Of a stretch of 64,000 nucleotides of DNA, positions 1 to 10,379 are shown in pieces; the stretch's first letter is position 1, and each line of letters starts with the position of its first letter. The notes beneath the pieces are model-generated. The model was not told where the DNA came from. It saw nothing but the letters and a program-made list of their open reading frames with translations, and did not search any database. The DNA lies in the IMG/VR virus record IMGVR_UViG_3300037047_000246. One strand, given 5' to 3'. Origin of the DNA: a virus. Its lineage: Duplodnaviria; Caudoviricetes. The position numbers and the translations under genes were made by a program.

Positions 1-956
1 TAGGCATTCTGGTGGGCGGTGGAACTTGGAGTGCTGGGAAAGACAAGTCATTGGTCCAGGTAACTGGAGGGTGCGAACAGTTTCTCCCGCATGTTGAATC
101 TCATTTTCTCAGATACGTCGGTGGCTGCTCCGTTAGGCGGAAGACGGCACATGAGCACAGCACTTGTGAAGTTTCTACTTGGTCAGCAGTAAAGCACTCT
201 CTCCCGTTTCGGACTTTCCTCGATCGCTTAGGCTACAGACTAGACGCGAAGAAATCGACTAAATCCGTCCCGTGGGTAATTTTTAAGAGTTCAAAGCCAG
301 TCGTAGCCGCATTCTTGCGCGGTCTGTTTGAGACTGGTGGCAGGCTAGAGCATGGGGGAAGCGCTATTTCGTTTGCGACTGCCAGCAGTAAGCTGGCCAC
401 GGAAGTCCAGCTTCTTCTTTTGAACTTTGGCATTACCTCGAGCGTACACGTCAAAACCAACAAGAATTATCCTGGTCGGAACTATTACTGCTTGCGTGTC
501 ATCGGTCATGAATCCCGCAAGATCTTTGCCCGAGAGATTCGTTTCATTACCGAACGCAAGAACACTGACCTGGACCATGGGGCGGGATCGGGTCGTGATG
601 CTTCCAATGTCATCCCGAATCAGTATGCGCGGCTTCGACGAATTCTCGAGTCTGTGCCGCATGGCTCGACTCAGAAGAAAGGCGATGGCCCCAGGATTCG
701 CATAACCAAGCTGATTTCCAGCTCTGCTGATCCTGAACGACGAAGCGCCATTTCGTACGATTCGGCCAGGCGTCTGGTTAGTCTTGGACGTGAGCTTGGT
801 GCAGATGTCGTCGCACTCGACGAACTGGACGCCATCTGTCGGGCTAATTACTTCTGGGACTCAGTAGTTTCGGTCAAGGAGAGCGAGGGTGAAGTAGCGG
901 ATTTGTTAGTGCCGAATGGGCATGAATACGTCGCGCAGGGCATGACGAATCATAAC
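1..956 (+). mobile_element. Intein (C-terminal part) in terminase, with LAGLIDADG endonuclease domain
   Basis: Ends ADLLVPNGHEYVAQGMTNHN|S (His-Asn at 951-956, +1 Ser). Second LAGLIDADG-like motif reads FLRGLFETGG. Confidence 0.85.
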
Positions 957-2129
957 TCGTCAGCAGATCAGGTTTATCGCGCTGTCAATCCGTCTATCGC
1001 CCAGTTCTCCCCCAAGGACCCGAAGAACAAGCATAGGGCCACCGGCCCATCAGATGGCCGCGCCATCATGATTTCGTCTCCAGATGCAAGAGACGGGTTT
1101 TTCTACCATCAGTACCAGCTAGCGCTCAGCGGCGGAGTTGCTGCCAAAAACATGCTGATGTTGCAGGCGCCAACTTGGGAAGTCAATCCGACGCTTGACA
1201 AGAGCTACTACGAAGTCGAGTTCAACAAAGATCCTCGGTCGTTCATGACCGAGCATGGCGCCGAGTTTTCTGACCGCGTGCGAGGCTGGATCGAAGACTC
1301 CAGGGACTTGATCGAATGCGTGCGCCCTGGGCTCAGGCCTCTGGTGCGAGGAGCGCCAAGGGAGCTGTTTTGGGCTGGTGTGGACTTCGGGATTGTGCGC
1401 GACGGCACCGCCATTGCTTTGATACACTTTGTCAACGGCAGACTGGAGCTGGCATATCATGAAGTGTGGTATGCCGGCAAGAGTTGGAAGACTGCTAATC
1501 CGCATTTGTCTGTGCCGCCTACGGAGTACGCCAAGAACTTGGAAGGCGTATCTCGCCTCGATGTGGCAGAGATCGCTGAGTGGTTCCGCATTCTGTCGTC
1601 AAGGTTCTACATAGACAAAGGGGTGTTCGATCAGTGGGCAGGGCCGATCTTTGAGCAGGAGCTGCACAAGCGAGGTCTTAAGCAGTTTGAAATGAGAAAT
1701 TTTTCTGTGACAGACTCGTCGCATGCGTACCACATAGCCAAAATGTGCATGTTTGGACGACAACTGAGCTTGTATGACTACCCTCTGCCGCAGCAGATGG
1801 AGTCAGATTCAACAATGATGAAGCACTCCCCGCTCATATCTGAAATGCTGGAGCTTCAGGCTACGTCAGGTGGCAAAAACATAACTGTAGTGGAAGCTCC
1901 CAAAGTTGCAGGCAAACATGATGACCAGTCCGACGCCTTGGTCCGCGGTGTTCTGCTGGCTGCAGAGTATATCAAAGCCCATCCTGGCGTTTTGGAAATA
2001 AGCGCCAACCACATCACGTCGCCTGTTCAGCAGGTTGCTGCCCCATCCAGTTACCACAGGTACCACAGCATGCGAGCTCGCATGCACGGCGGTCCGGACA
2101 AGCACAGGACGGTCACTGCTCGAAGATAG
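1..2129 (+). CDS. terL: Terminase large subunit, 5'-truncated by the window, intein-containing
   Basis: Frame is open from the window start. C-terminal nuclease motifs WAGVDFG..DGTA, DQW and GKHDDQSDAL are present. Lies directly upstream of the portal. Confidence 0.85.
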   Translation, partial: GILVGGGTWSAGKDKSLVQVTGGCEQFLPHVESHFLRYVGGCSVRRKTAHEHSTCEVSTWSAVKHSLPFRTFLDRLGYRLDAKKSTKSVPWVIFKSSKPVVAAFLRGLFETGGRLEHGGSAISFATASSKLATEVQLLLLNFGITSSVHVKTNKNYPGRNYYCLRVIGHESRKIFAREIRFITERKNTDLDHGAGSGRDASNVIPNQYARLRRILESVPHGSTQKKGDGPRIRITKLISSSADPERRSAISYDSARRLVSLGRELGADVVALDELDAICRANYFWDSVVSVKESEGEVADLLVPNGHEYVAQGMTNHNSSADQVYRAVNPSIAQFSPKDPKNKHRATGPSDGRAIMISSPDARDGFFYHQYQLALSGGVAAKNMLMLQAPTWEVNPTLDKSYYEVEFNKDPRSFMTEHGAEFSDRVRGWIEDSRDLIECVRPGLRPLVRGAPRELFWAGVDFGIVRDGTAIALIHFVNGRLELAYHEVWYAGKSWKTANPHLSVPPTEYAKNLEGVSRLDVAEIAEWFRILSSRFYIDKGVFDQWAGPIFEQELHKRGLKQFEMRNFSVTDSSHAYHIAKMCMFGRQLSLYDYPLPQQMESDSTMMKHSPLISEMLELQATSGGKNITVVEAPKVAGKHDDQSDALVRGVLLAAEYIKAHPGVLEISANHITSPVQQVAAPSSYHRYHSMRARMHGGPDKHRTVTARR

Positions 2130-2152
2130 CCCTGTTATCGAGCACACACCGC

Positions 2153-2410
2153 GTGAATGCTGGAATACGAGACACCGCTGCCTGGCAAATAATCGAACAG
2201 CTGCTTGAGCACGTGTGGGGTAAGGACGATATGACAGACAGTCAAATACTGTCTGTCAGCCTCATGTTCCACAAAGCCGGAGGCTCATGGAAGCGTCTTA
2301 TGGAAGGCGAAAGAGACCAGATAGGCATTTTGGAGGAATGTGTGGGAAATGTGCTGCAAGCAGAAAAGCTTGAGAGGATAGCGGCTTCGGTGTCTGGCAA
2401 GCTGGGGTAA
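2153..2410 (+). CDS. Hypothetical protein
   Basis: 85-aa ORF in the co-directional head operon. Confidence 0.6.
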   Translation: MNAGIRDTAAWQIIEQLLEHVWGKDDMTDSQILSVSLMFHKAGGSWKRLMEGERDQIGILEECVGNVLQAEKLERIAASVSGKLG

Positions 2411-2415
2411 CGTTC

Positions 2416-2760
2416 TTGATGTCAGCCTCCAAGCCGATTTCTGCCAAAAAAGACTTCGACCGAGTTCCGGTCGACAACATCTTCGATAAGTACTTAGCCA
2501 TATCGAAGAAGCTGTCTGACGTGTCTGTGGCCATCGGTCAAGTTGTTGAAGAGATAATTTCACTGGACCGAGAGATACGTCAGTGCGATCCCGCCAACAA
2601 GCTCATGATGTCGCAGAAGCTCCGAATGAAGGTATTGATTGGAGCTATCTTTCCAGTCCGTCAACACATCGACAGGCTCACGACCAGAATGAACGCTTGT
2701 GCGGCTTTCCGGGAAGCTGTTGTGACAGACGCGTCGCGTGCTGATCCTGCTTTTGAATGA
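2416..2760 (+). CDS. Hypothetical helical protein
   Basis: Stop overlaps the portal start (ATGA). Confidence 0.6.
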   Translation: MMSASKPISAKKDFDRVPVDNIFDKYLAISKKLSDVSVAIGQVVEEIISLDREIRQCDPANKLMMSQKLRMKVLIGAIFPVRQHIDRLTTRMNACAAFREAVVTDASRADPAFE

Positions 2761-5651
2761 GTAAGACAATGGGCAAAAAAGTTGGCGTGCGGCCTGGTGG
2801 TGCAGTCGGCAAGTCTGTCGCTCGTGTCGACAGTCAGCAGGCAATGAAAAAGCCGCTGACCAAACTTGAACGCCAAGCTCGCAGAGAGGCCAAAAGTCAG
2901 TCAATAAGGGTAGCGGCGTACTACGGCGACATGGGTAACTCAAGTTCCATGGCCATCGGACACGCCGAACAGAATTTTTACAGCCCTCAGCTGTCTTCAG
3001 ATTTCTTGGAGCTGCCTCAGGCAGAGCGAGAAAAGAGAGAGCTGTTCAGGTTCTGGTATACTTCGCATCCAATAGTCGGCGCGTCCATCGACTTCCACTG
3101 CTTTCCGCCCGGGGCCCCGGTAATGATGAAAGACGCCACGGTCAGTCCCGTGGAATCTCTGAAAGTTGGTGATGAGGTCGTCAACGGGTTCGGGGAACCA
3201 ACTAAGGTTGTTCAGACTTTCAAACACCATGTATGCGGGCCTATCACTAGGTTCAAAGTGCGCGGCGTGCAATCGCATATCGATTGCACCGAAAACCACC
3301 CGTTCCTTGTCTATCGCTCTTCCCAGATAGACTGCAAACACAGGAAATGCGCCAGTTCTGACCCTGGAAAGCCACGATTTGTGTTTGCAAGAGATCTGCA
3401 GGTGGGCGACTATATCTGTTCACCTTCTCTGGTCAGTGCCAAGCCTGCGTTCAATAAGCGTCAGTTGCGCTTGCTTGGGTACTATGCGGCTGAAGGGTCG
3501 ATATCATACACGAAGTATCTCAAACTTGATAGAGTTGTGTTCACACTCGGTGCTAGCGAGTTCAATACCATTGCCGATGAAATCGCTGAAGCGTTCAGCG
3601 CCGAGTATGCGCACCCGGCGCGAAAACGTGTTAGGAAAGATTCCAGCGCATGCGAGGTCAGGTGCTACAAGAAAGACTTCGCCGAGTTTTGTCACAAGCA
3701 CGTGGGAAGCGGCTCCCACAACAAACAACTTAGTCTAGACATAATAGACTCCCCCAGGGAAGATATACTTGAATTTTTGGGCGCATATTGGAATGGTGAC
3801 GGGAGCCTCACGAAGAACGGGTACGTCGCCACCACGATATCCAAACAGTTGGCTCATCAAATATTCGCTTTGGCTCTAAAAGTTGGGTGGGCGCCCACAT
3901 TGCACGTGGTGAAGCCAAAACGCCGCGCTAGCGGTTTTAAGCCTAAGGGGGACGTATATAGGGTCATCGTCCCGTACCGTGTGCACTCCGAATTTGCCAA
4001 GTACGCCAACTTTGTGCAAGACGGGTACACCGCCAAGTCCACTCGCGAGTATCAGGTCCGAGTTGACTCCAGCGTGCTAAGGCGGGTCGAAGAAGTCGAG
4101 ACTGTTCAATATGATGGTTTTGTTTACAATATCGAAGTTGATGGCGAAGGAGACCGCAAAAGTTACGTCGCATATGGGTTGGCTACCCACAACACCGATG
4201 TGCCTATGTCCAAGATTCGTCTTGCGGCTCCGAAGGGCAAGGACATAAAGCGCAACAAGCAGATTTTGCACTTCTACGAAAACATGTGCAGGCGTTTGCG
4301 CCTATTCCAAACGCTTTACGACGTGACGCATGAATACTGGCTTCACGGCAACGTGTTCATATTTTGCGAAGATCACGACCTGTCCGACGAGCTGCCAGAA
4401 GAGCTCATGGGAAACGGGTCCGGCGAGGATATGGACGCAGTGGGCGAGATTACTGCAGACGGCGTAGCTGTGCTGAAGCAGGAGCCCAGCGAAGCCCAAG
4501 ACAAGTCCAAGCTGATTCAAAAGTTCGTGCAGGACAAATATGAGGGATGGCACCGTCTGCAAATTTTGCCGCCCGAACAAGTGAAGCTGGAAATCTTCCA
4601 GTACACCAATCGCGTGCAGATGGAGCTGGTACCTAGCGAGAAAGATCGCCTGGCTGTCACTAAAGCTCAAGAGCAAAACGATCCGGAAGCAAAAAGAATC
4701 GCTGACGACATTCCTGATCAAATCAAGGACAACTTGCTAAGCGGCCAGCCGATTCCGCTCAACGCGAGCCCGTACGACGATTTCCTGTGCTCGTCGTTCT
4801 GTTACCATCTGGCGCACAAGCGCTCGCCTTACGACGACCGCGGCGTCTCCATCCTGGAAAGGTGCCTCAGGTCGCTGCTGTATCAGGATAAGCTTCGCCA
4901 GGCCCAGACCTCCATCGCTTCTCGCGCGATGACGCCCAAGCGCATCATTTGGGGCGACAAAATGTCGCAACCCGATGTTGATGACCTCAGAGACCAAATA
5001 GATCAGGCACTAATCGACCCTGACTTCACCATCATCACCAACTTTGAGGTTCATTGGGACGAGATTGGGGCTAGAGACAGGCTGTTGGATCTCAATACGG
5101 AGTATGAGATCACCAACAAGATGCTGTTCATTGGCTTGCGCATCACCGAATCGATGCTGACTGGCGAGTCCACTTACTCGGGCGAGCGCATCCATCTGGA
5201 TGTCATGAACACCATGTACCTGCTCTACCGAGAGACGCTCACCGAATTTGTGGAGCAGCAGCTGTTTGCTCCAGTGGCGGAGAAAAAGGGCTTCTGGGAG
5301 GAAGACGAGTTCGGCAACAGGCAGCTTTTGTATCCTAGGCTCCAGTTCACTCGTTTGGCCCTGCGCGACAACACAGAGATGCAGGACTTCATGTTCAATC
5401 TGTATGGGAAGGGGTCCATGCCGATTGACTACATTTACGATTTGTTGAACATCGATTCTGAAAACGCGCACGAGCTGCTCAAGAGAGATATGTTCGGTCC
5501 GAAGGACGCGACGTTCAACGAGGTATTGAGGTCCATGTACCCGAAGATAGGCGAGAAACTTGCTGAAGACAGCAACGCTACAGGCAAGGTGGCTGGCAAC
5601 ATCGGGCTGACTGTCTCCGACAAGGAGGGAGACAGGTTCGGCAAAGAGTAG
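2757..5651 (+). CDS. Portal protein, intein-containing
   Basis: Position between terminase and protease; about 600 aa after splicing; helical portal-like segments (WYTSHPIVGASIDFH|TDVPMSKI; RG.SIL.RC). Confidence 0.75.
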   Translation: MSKTMGKKVGVRPGGAVGKSVARVDSQQAMKKPLTKLERQARREAKSQSIRVAAYYGDMGNSSSMAIGHAEQNFYSPQLSSDFLELPQAEREKRELFRFWYTSHPIVGASIDFHCFPPGAPVMMKDATVSPVESLKVGDEVVNGFGEPTKVVQTFKHHVCGPITRFKVRGVQSHIDCTENHPFLVYRSSQIDCKHRKCASSDPGKPRFVFARDLQVGDYICSPSLVSAKPAFNKRQLRLLGYYAAEGSISYTKYLKLDRVVFTLGASEFNTIADEIAEAFSAEYAHPARKRVRKDSSACEVRCYKKDFAEFCHKHVGSGSHNKQLSLDIIDSPREDILEFLGAYWNGDGSLTKNGYVATTISKQLAHQIFALALKVGWAPTLHVVKPKRRASGFKPKGDVYRVIVPYRVHSEFAKYANFVQDGYTAKSTREYQVRVDSSVLRRVEEVETVQYDGFVYNIEVDGEGDRKSYVAYGLATHNTDVPMSKIRLAAPKGKDIKRNKQILHFYENMCRRLRLFQTLYDVTHEYWLHGNVFIFCEDHDLSDELPEELMGNGSGEDMDAVGEITADGVAVLKQEPSEAQDKSKLIQKFVQDKYEGWHRLQILPPEQVKLEIFQYTNRVQMELVPSEKDRLAVTKAQEQNDPEAKRIADDIPDQIKDNLLSGQPIPLNASPYDDFLCSSFCYHLAHKRSPYDDRGVSILERCLRSLLYQDKLRQAQTSIASRAMTPKRIIWGDKMSQPDVDDLRDQIDQALIDPDFTIITNFEVHWDEIGARDRLLDLNTEYEITNKMLFIGLRITESMLTGESTYSGERIHLDVMNTMYLLYRETLTEFVEQQLFAPVAEKKGFWEEDEFGNRQLLYPRLQFTRLALRDNTEMQDFMFNLYGKGSMPIDYIYDLLNIDSENAHELLKRDMFGPKDATFNEVLRSMYPKIGEKLAEDSNATGKVAGNIGLTVSDKEGDRFGKE
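3099..4193 (+). mobile_element. Intein (365 aa) in portal, with LAGLIDADG endonuclease
   Basis: Starts CFPPGAPVMMKD, ends SYVAYGLATHN|T. Motifs LLGYYAAEGS and FLGAYWNGDGS. Confidence 0.92.
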
Positions 5652-5674
5652 ACCCCCGTTGCCGGGGTTTGTTT
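5652..5674 (+). terminator. Possible intrinsic terminator after portal
   Basis: ACCCC...GGGGT stem followed by TTGTTT, immediately after the portal stop. Confidence 0.35.
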
Positions 5675-5737
5675 GCATGCCGGCTCGGTCTTCGCCGTCC
5701 ACCATGGCAGTTCTGCCCTTTTGATGCCTGAGCTGCC

Positions 5738-8314
5738 ATGATGGACGACTACGGACTATTTCTGTTGCGCACTGGCGGCGGCAAGACTGTAAGCGAAAAA
5801 GAGGAAGCCGACACTGAAGAACAGTGCTCCGGTCACAGAGACAGGCCGCACAGCCGCGACAAGGCGGGCGTTGGCGCTCCGAAGCATGACAATAGAAGAA
5901 AGCGCATTATGGACTTCGCAGATCCTGATCTGCAGGAGCCGGCGGAGCGCGACGTGGACTTGTCCAAAAACTACAAATCTGCGGCCAATCCTGCGCTCAA
6001 TCCTGCGCTCAAGTCTCAGCCTGAAGAGTCAGCGGACTTCAAAGGGATGCCAGGATTCGTATCTCGCCCTTTGCAGTCTCTCGCTCGAAGGGTGAACAGC
6101 ATCAGTCCTGCCTTCCAGGAGGAGATGAGCGAACAGCAGCATAAGATTCTTGCGCCCTACAGAAGAGCTGTGGAGCAGTCCAAATCGATGTCCAGGGACG
6201 ACAGGAAAGCCTACGTGACTCGGGCCGCCAGGAAGGTGGCCAACGAGGTGGAGATAGCCGTCAACCATTTCGACAAGGCTTCAACGATGACGTTCGGCAA
6301 CCCCAAGACTGCTGCAGAGGACATCGCCGAAGCTTGGGGCATTGAAGGCAATTTCTTTGCTCGCGCCGGGATAGTCGAGGCGCTCAAGGAAGCTGCCATG
6401 AAGTCCGATCTGCCTGCGTCGGTGAAAGTGCCGGTGATGAGCGGCGCCGGCGGCAGGATAGCTAAGCCCGAAGCCGTAAAGGCTTTGCTCAAGAAAGACG
6501 AAAAGAAAACGCATGCTAGCGAAGACGATGTCAAGCGATTTGTCGCCATAGTGACCGCCCACGGGATTTTGCGCAAAAACCCGAGCATGGTCAAGGCTAA
6601 AGACCTGGTGGATCCAAAGCAGCTCACAAAGATCATGGCTCAAGTCAGCGCTGTGCAAGATTTGAACAAGGTCATGAGCTCTTGGCACGACATGGTGAGT
6701 CGTTTCAAGCCAGGCAACAGCGACATAATCGACGTGTCCAGGGGAGAATGGGACGCAGTGTTGAGCAAGCTCAACAGCTTCATGCGAGGCTCCAAGGCTT
6801 TGCAAGTGGACCCTAGTCAGGTGATGTCTGTTGTGGCTGAAGACTACGCAAAAGTGCACGGCAAAGTCCCGAGCGAGTTGAGAGCTGTGTTGGAAGGGTT
6901 CGGCGTACCTCCTAAAAGTTTCGGCGATTCGGAGAAGTCGAGTCGTGGCGAAAGCAAAGGCGGCGGGGGAGTCGGCCAAGAGCTCGGAATTGATTTCGAA
7001 GAGATGTCTGTGGACGACGCGTTCATGGACAGCGTCACTGCCAAGCTGGAGGCGATTCGCAAAGACGAAAAAAGCAGAGAGGACCGCGCGAAGCCGGTTC
7101 CCAGCCCAGCTAAGGGAGCTCGCGGCTTGGATGCCGACCTGGATCGTGATGACGACAACAAGGACTCTCGGCGCCCAATGGTCCGCGGTTTGAGCACGTC
7201 AACTTCTTATGGGGACTCCAGTCACAGCATGATCAAGACATCGACTTACCACGGAGTTGTCAACCAAGGACACCCGACCGACTCTGCCGGAACGTCGTCA
7301 TACAATTATGACAAGCGTTATTTCGGCAAAGAGCACTATGACTCCATCATAGCTGCAGCCAAAAAACTGCTGGATGAAGACTGGTTGAAGTACGGATGGG
7401 GTGAGTCTAGCGACGTTCCTGTGCGCGCGGCTTTGGACCTCGCCGTTTGCACAGCCGACGGCGGATTGTATCAATCCAGGATTGATGCCAACGTTTACAA
7501 CATGCTTCTCAATCGCTTGGCAGGTTGGGACTATGACATGTTCAGTGAGACTATTCTATCGGGTCAGAAGACCAGAAAGGCCGCGTCCATGGCCACCTCC
7601 CCCGCTCGTGCAATTTTGAAGATCGCCGACGACCTGCGCGCGACTCGGCCTGACATGGCTGTGCAAATCATCAAGAACCTGCACGAGCTGGTGCGCGTAT
7701 CGACTGGTGCTCCTGGCGCGTCGGCTGCGGCTCCGGAGCCTGCCCATGGTCATGGCCAGGGACAGTCCACGGATTTCGAGAAGGGCGTGGCTGAAGAGGA
7801 GCGCAAGCTGATCGAACAGATGGTGAACCAGGTGGCGGATCAGTATGCCAAAGAGGGCAGGGACGTCTCCGATGATCAGAAGAGGAGCATGGTTGAAAAG
7901 ATCAGGTCCATGCTCGAACAAGGTCTGGACCCCAAGACTGGCGACGTGAAGTTTGCCAGTCTGATCGGAGAAGCCAGGGCTCTGCTGGCCTTGGCCCGCA
8001 TCGCCAGCATCATTCCTCGGTACAAGGGTCAGCTTCCTGCGATTCTTGCGGCTGCCAATAAGCTCAAGGACAAGAAGAGCGCCGGCAAGGGCAAGGATGG
8101 CAAGAAGCCTGCCAAGGGCAAGGATGACAAGAAGCCTGCCAAGAAGCCTGCCAAGAAGGAAGACAAAGAAGAGGCGCCCAAGCCTGCGATTCCTTCCAAG
8201 AAGGTAAAGGACAGCAAAGTCAAGGGCAGCGGAAAAAAGGTAGACACATCCTGCAATTCGAAGTCCAAGCGCAAGGCGTCTGTCGTCTTGTCTCTTGATG
8301 ATGTCAACTGGTGA
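5738..8314 (+). CDS. Large hypothetical, probably virion (internal head) protein with Lys-rich KKPA-repeat C-terminus
   Basis: 858-aa ORF inside the head module; low-complexity tail GKDGKKPAKGKDDKKPAKKPAKK. Confidence 0.7.
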   Translation: MMDDYGLFLLRTGGGKTVSEKEEADTEEQCSGHRDRPHSRDKAGVGAPKHDNRRKRIMDFADPDLQEPAERDVDLSKNYKSAANPALNPALKSQPEESADFKGMPGFVSRPLQSLARRVNSISPAFQEEMSEQQHKILAPYRRAVEQSKSMSRDDRKAYVTRAARKVANEVEIAVNHFDKASTMTFGNPKTAAEDIAEAWGIEGNFFARAGIVEALKEAAMKSDLPASVKVPVMSGAGGRIAKPEAVKALLKKDEKKTHASEDDVKRFVAIVTAHGILRKNPSMVKAKDLVDPKQLTKIMAQVSAVQDLNKVMSSWHDMVSRFKPGNSDIIDVSRGEWDAVLSKLNSFMRGSKALQVDPSQVMSVVAEDYAKVHGKVPSELRAVLEGFGVPPKSFGDSEKSSRGESKGGGGVGQELGIDFEEMSVDDAFMDSVTAKLEAIRKDEKSREDRAKPVPSPAKGARGLDADLDRDDDNKDSRRPMVRGLSTSTSYGDSSHSMIKTSTYHGVVNQGHPTDSAGTSSYNYDKRYFGKEHYDSIIAAAKKLLDEDWLKYGWGESSDVPVRAALDLAVCTADGGLYQSRIDANVYNMLLNRLAGWDYDMFSETILSGQKTRKAASMATSPARAILKIADDLRATRPDMAVQIIKNLHELVRVSTGAPGASAAAPEPAHGHGQGQSTDFEKGVAEEERKLIEQMVNQVADQYAKEGRDVSDDQKRSMVEKIRSMLEQGLDPKTGDVKFASLIGEARALLALARIASIIPRYKGQLPAILAAANKLKDKKSAGKGKDGKKPAKGKDDKKPAKKPAKKEDKEEAPKPAIPSKKVKDSKVKGSGKKVDTSCNSKSKRKASVVLSLDDVNW

Positions 8315-8357
8315 TACGTCTTCTATGCGAATGTTTCTGGAAGACTTGGAGATGAAC

Positions 8358-8852
8358 ATGAACAAGCGCCTCGCCAATCAGATCCTGACGAATTTGGAAC
8401 ATGCTGCGACTGAGGTCGAGCAGTTGGCCGAGAACGGCCACATCGATGCCAAGACTGCGTCTGAACTCGTGTCGGCCATCGACGGGTTTTCGGATCGCTT
8501 CGAAGTCGCTGCCTTCGGCGCCGACTCGTTCCGTCGTCGTCAGGCCCGCGTGCTGCAGTCCGACAAGGACGAGCCGTACATGTCCACGTTTGACAATCCG
8601 AACAGTGTGCTGCAGTCCGACAAGGACGAGCCGTACATGCACGGAGTGTCTGAAAGCTTCAACAGCAAGGCCATCGGCACGTTCGACGTGGACCGCAGCA
8701 GCACGGTCACTGATCGTGACGAGTACCAGGTGCGCGACCTCAACCCGCACGCCGGCGGCACCAAGAAGCAGCCTTCGTGGACCAAGGGCCCGGCCGGCAA
8801 GAGCACGAAGCTCGGCTCGAATACCAAGCCCGTCAAGACTTGGGCTCCCTGA
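8358..8852 (+). CDS. Hypothetical virion protein with internal VLQSDKDEPYM duplication
   Basis: GGAG RBS before ATG 8358; codon usage like the highly expressed structural genes. Confidence 0.7.
   Translation: MNKRLANQILTNLEHAATEVEQLAENGHIDAKTASELVSAIDGFSDRFEVAAFGADSFRRRQARVLQSDKDEPYMSTFDNPNSVLQSDKDEPYMHGVSESFNSKAIGTFDVDRSSTVTDRDEYQVRDLNPHAGGTKKQPSWTKGPAGKSTKLGSNTKPVKTWAP
8550..8639 (+). repeat. Exact 33-nt direct repeat (8550-8582 and 8607-8639)
   Basis: gtgctgcagtccgacaaggacgagccgtacatg occurs twice, 57 nt apart. Confidence 0.95.
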
Positions 8853-8893
8853 ACTGACGCGGATTTGTGCAAGAGTCAGCTCAGGAGGCCAAG

Positions 8894-9580
8894 ATGCGTC
8901 CGGTAATGGCATTCGTAGATGAAAGAGCTCTAGCCCAGCATTTCAAGACCGGGGACACTGTCCAGAAAGCTAGCTTGAGGGACTTCACCCCGGCCCCATA
9001 CTACGGCCGTGTCTTGTATGCCAACCCTGAAACTGGAGTGGTCGTTGTTCAGTGGCCATGGGGCGCGGAGCAGGAGTATCCCTCCACTCTCAATCGCGTC
9101 ATGGTCGGAGAGGCCGGCAGTCCCACTCCAGACTTCAATCAGTGGTACGAAAATTGGGACGCAGCCAGACACGGAGACGATGCCGACACTGGGTACTCCG
9201 CCATGTCTGCTAAAATCGCGTCCGAATTTGAGCTCAAAACGATGCCGTTGTGGAAGGCTGCTTGCAAGCTCATGCACCACGGCGCTGACGAAGTGGCAGC
9301 GTTTCGCAGTCTTAGCGCCGAATTCGGGGACGAGTTCGGCGCAGACACCATACGGCGCACTGCTGCCAATTTGTACGAAACTTCAAGGCGCATGGCTGTG
9401 TACTGGCACGATTCTAAACGCCGGTACAGGGTGACTCGCCGCGAGCGGGACTCCAAGGTCTATACCTGTCCTCGGTGCAAGTCCATCCTCAAGCCTCGCG
9501 TCTTTAGGCAGAACCAAAAAGTTTTTGCCTGCAGAGGCTGCGGGTTCACAATCCATCCTGAAGACTTGTTGATTGGGTGA
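8894..9580 (+). CDS. Hypothetical protein with C-terminal Zn ribbon
   Basis: AGGAGG RBS; CPRC...CRGC motif. Confidence 0.75.
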   Translation: MRPVMAFVDERALAQHFKTGDTVQKASLRDFTPAPYYGRVLYANPETGVVVVQWPWGAEQEYPSTLNRVMVGEAGSPTPDFNQWYENWDAARHGDDADTGYSAMSAKIASEFELKTMPLWKAACKLMHHGADEVAAFRSLSAEFGDEFGADTIRRTAANLYETSRRMAVYWHDSKRRYRVTRRERDSKVYTCPRCKSILKPRVFRQNQKVFACRGCGFTIHPEDLLIG

Positions 9581-9708
9581 TTTGGATTGGTGGAGTTTAG
9601 TCCACGAGTTTTGCCTAATCCGCCTTTGCTGCTGCGTTGAATTCGGTCTTCGCTGCGTCGGCTCTTGGTTCAAGACGCGTCGTTAGCCTTGTTTTGCGCA
9701 GATCTGGC

Positions 9709-10329
9709 ATGATTGCACAAATCAATGCTCTGTACAGGATCGCCACGGCTCTAGAGAGCATCGACCCGCTGGCGTCTTACGAACTCAGTTCCAATTTGCG
9801 CAAGATGATCGCTGGCGAAGTCAGATTCTTGCTTGAGCTTACGCCGATGAGCAAGAAGCTTTCTCATCCAAATGATCAGTTGGAAATTTCAAAGAGCGCG
9901 GACGGTTGGCACACCACGCACACCAACGTGGATGGTAACTGGACGAGGGAGACCACTGGTTGGCGCCTCACTCCTGCAGATGTGCTCAAAGTGATCAAAA
10001 ACGAAGTTGTGCCTGGTCCGGCCACTGATGAAGCTGTGGCGGTGCTAGAGCAAGACATTTCTTCAGGGAATGCGGTCGGCATTCCTCGCGGCGACGAAAT
10101 GGGCGGCGGCTCAGTGTCTTTGCCCGAGGCTTCCCAAGCCGAGTCGGGCGGCATCATGGACCCTGACGAAGGCACGTGGAGCGCCCAAAGGTACATGAAT
10201 CCGGAGTCAATCTGGGACGTGGCCTCGGTCAACACCGTCAAGCGTGCAATCGCAGCTGCCAAGTTCAACCCGGCACTTCGGGCCAAACTTGCGCCGATGT
10301 TCAAGAAGATCTTGTCGGCCAAGCGCTGA
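9709..10329 (+). CDS. Hypothetical protein
   Basis: Co-directional ORF in the head module; start uncertain (track starts at 9637). Confidence 0.6.
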   Translation: MIAQINALYRIATALESIDPLASYELSSNLRKMIAGEVRFLLELTPMSKKLSHPNDQLEISKSADGWHTTHTNVDGNWTRETTGWRLTPADVLKVIKNEVVPGPATDEAVAVLEQDISSGNAVGIPRGDEMGGGSVSLPEASQAESGGIMDPDEGTWSAQRYMNPESIWDVASVNTVKRAIAAAKFNPALRAKLAPMFKKILSAKR

Positions 10330-10379
10330 CAGCTGAACCCACAGTTCTTTCAGGTTTCTATGCCATGTGACTAGCAGAC

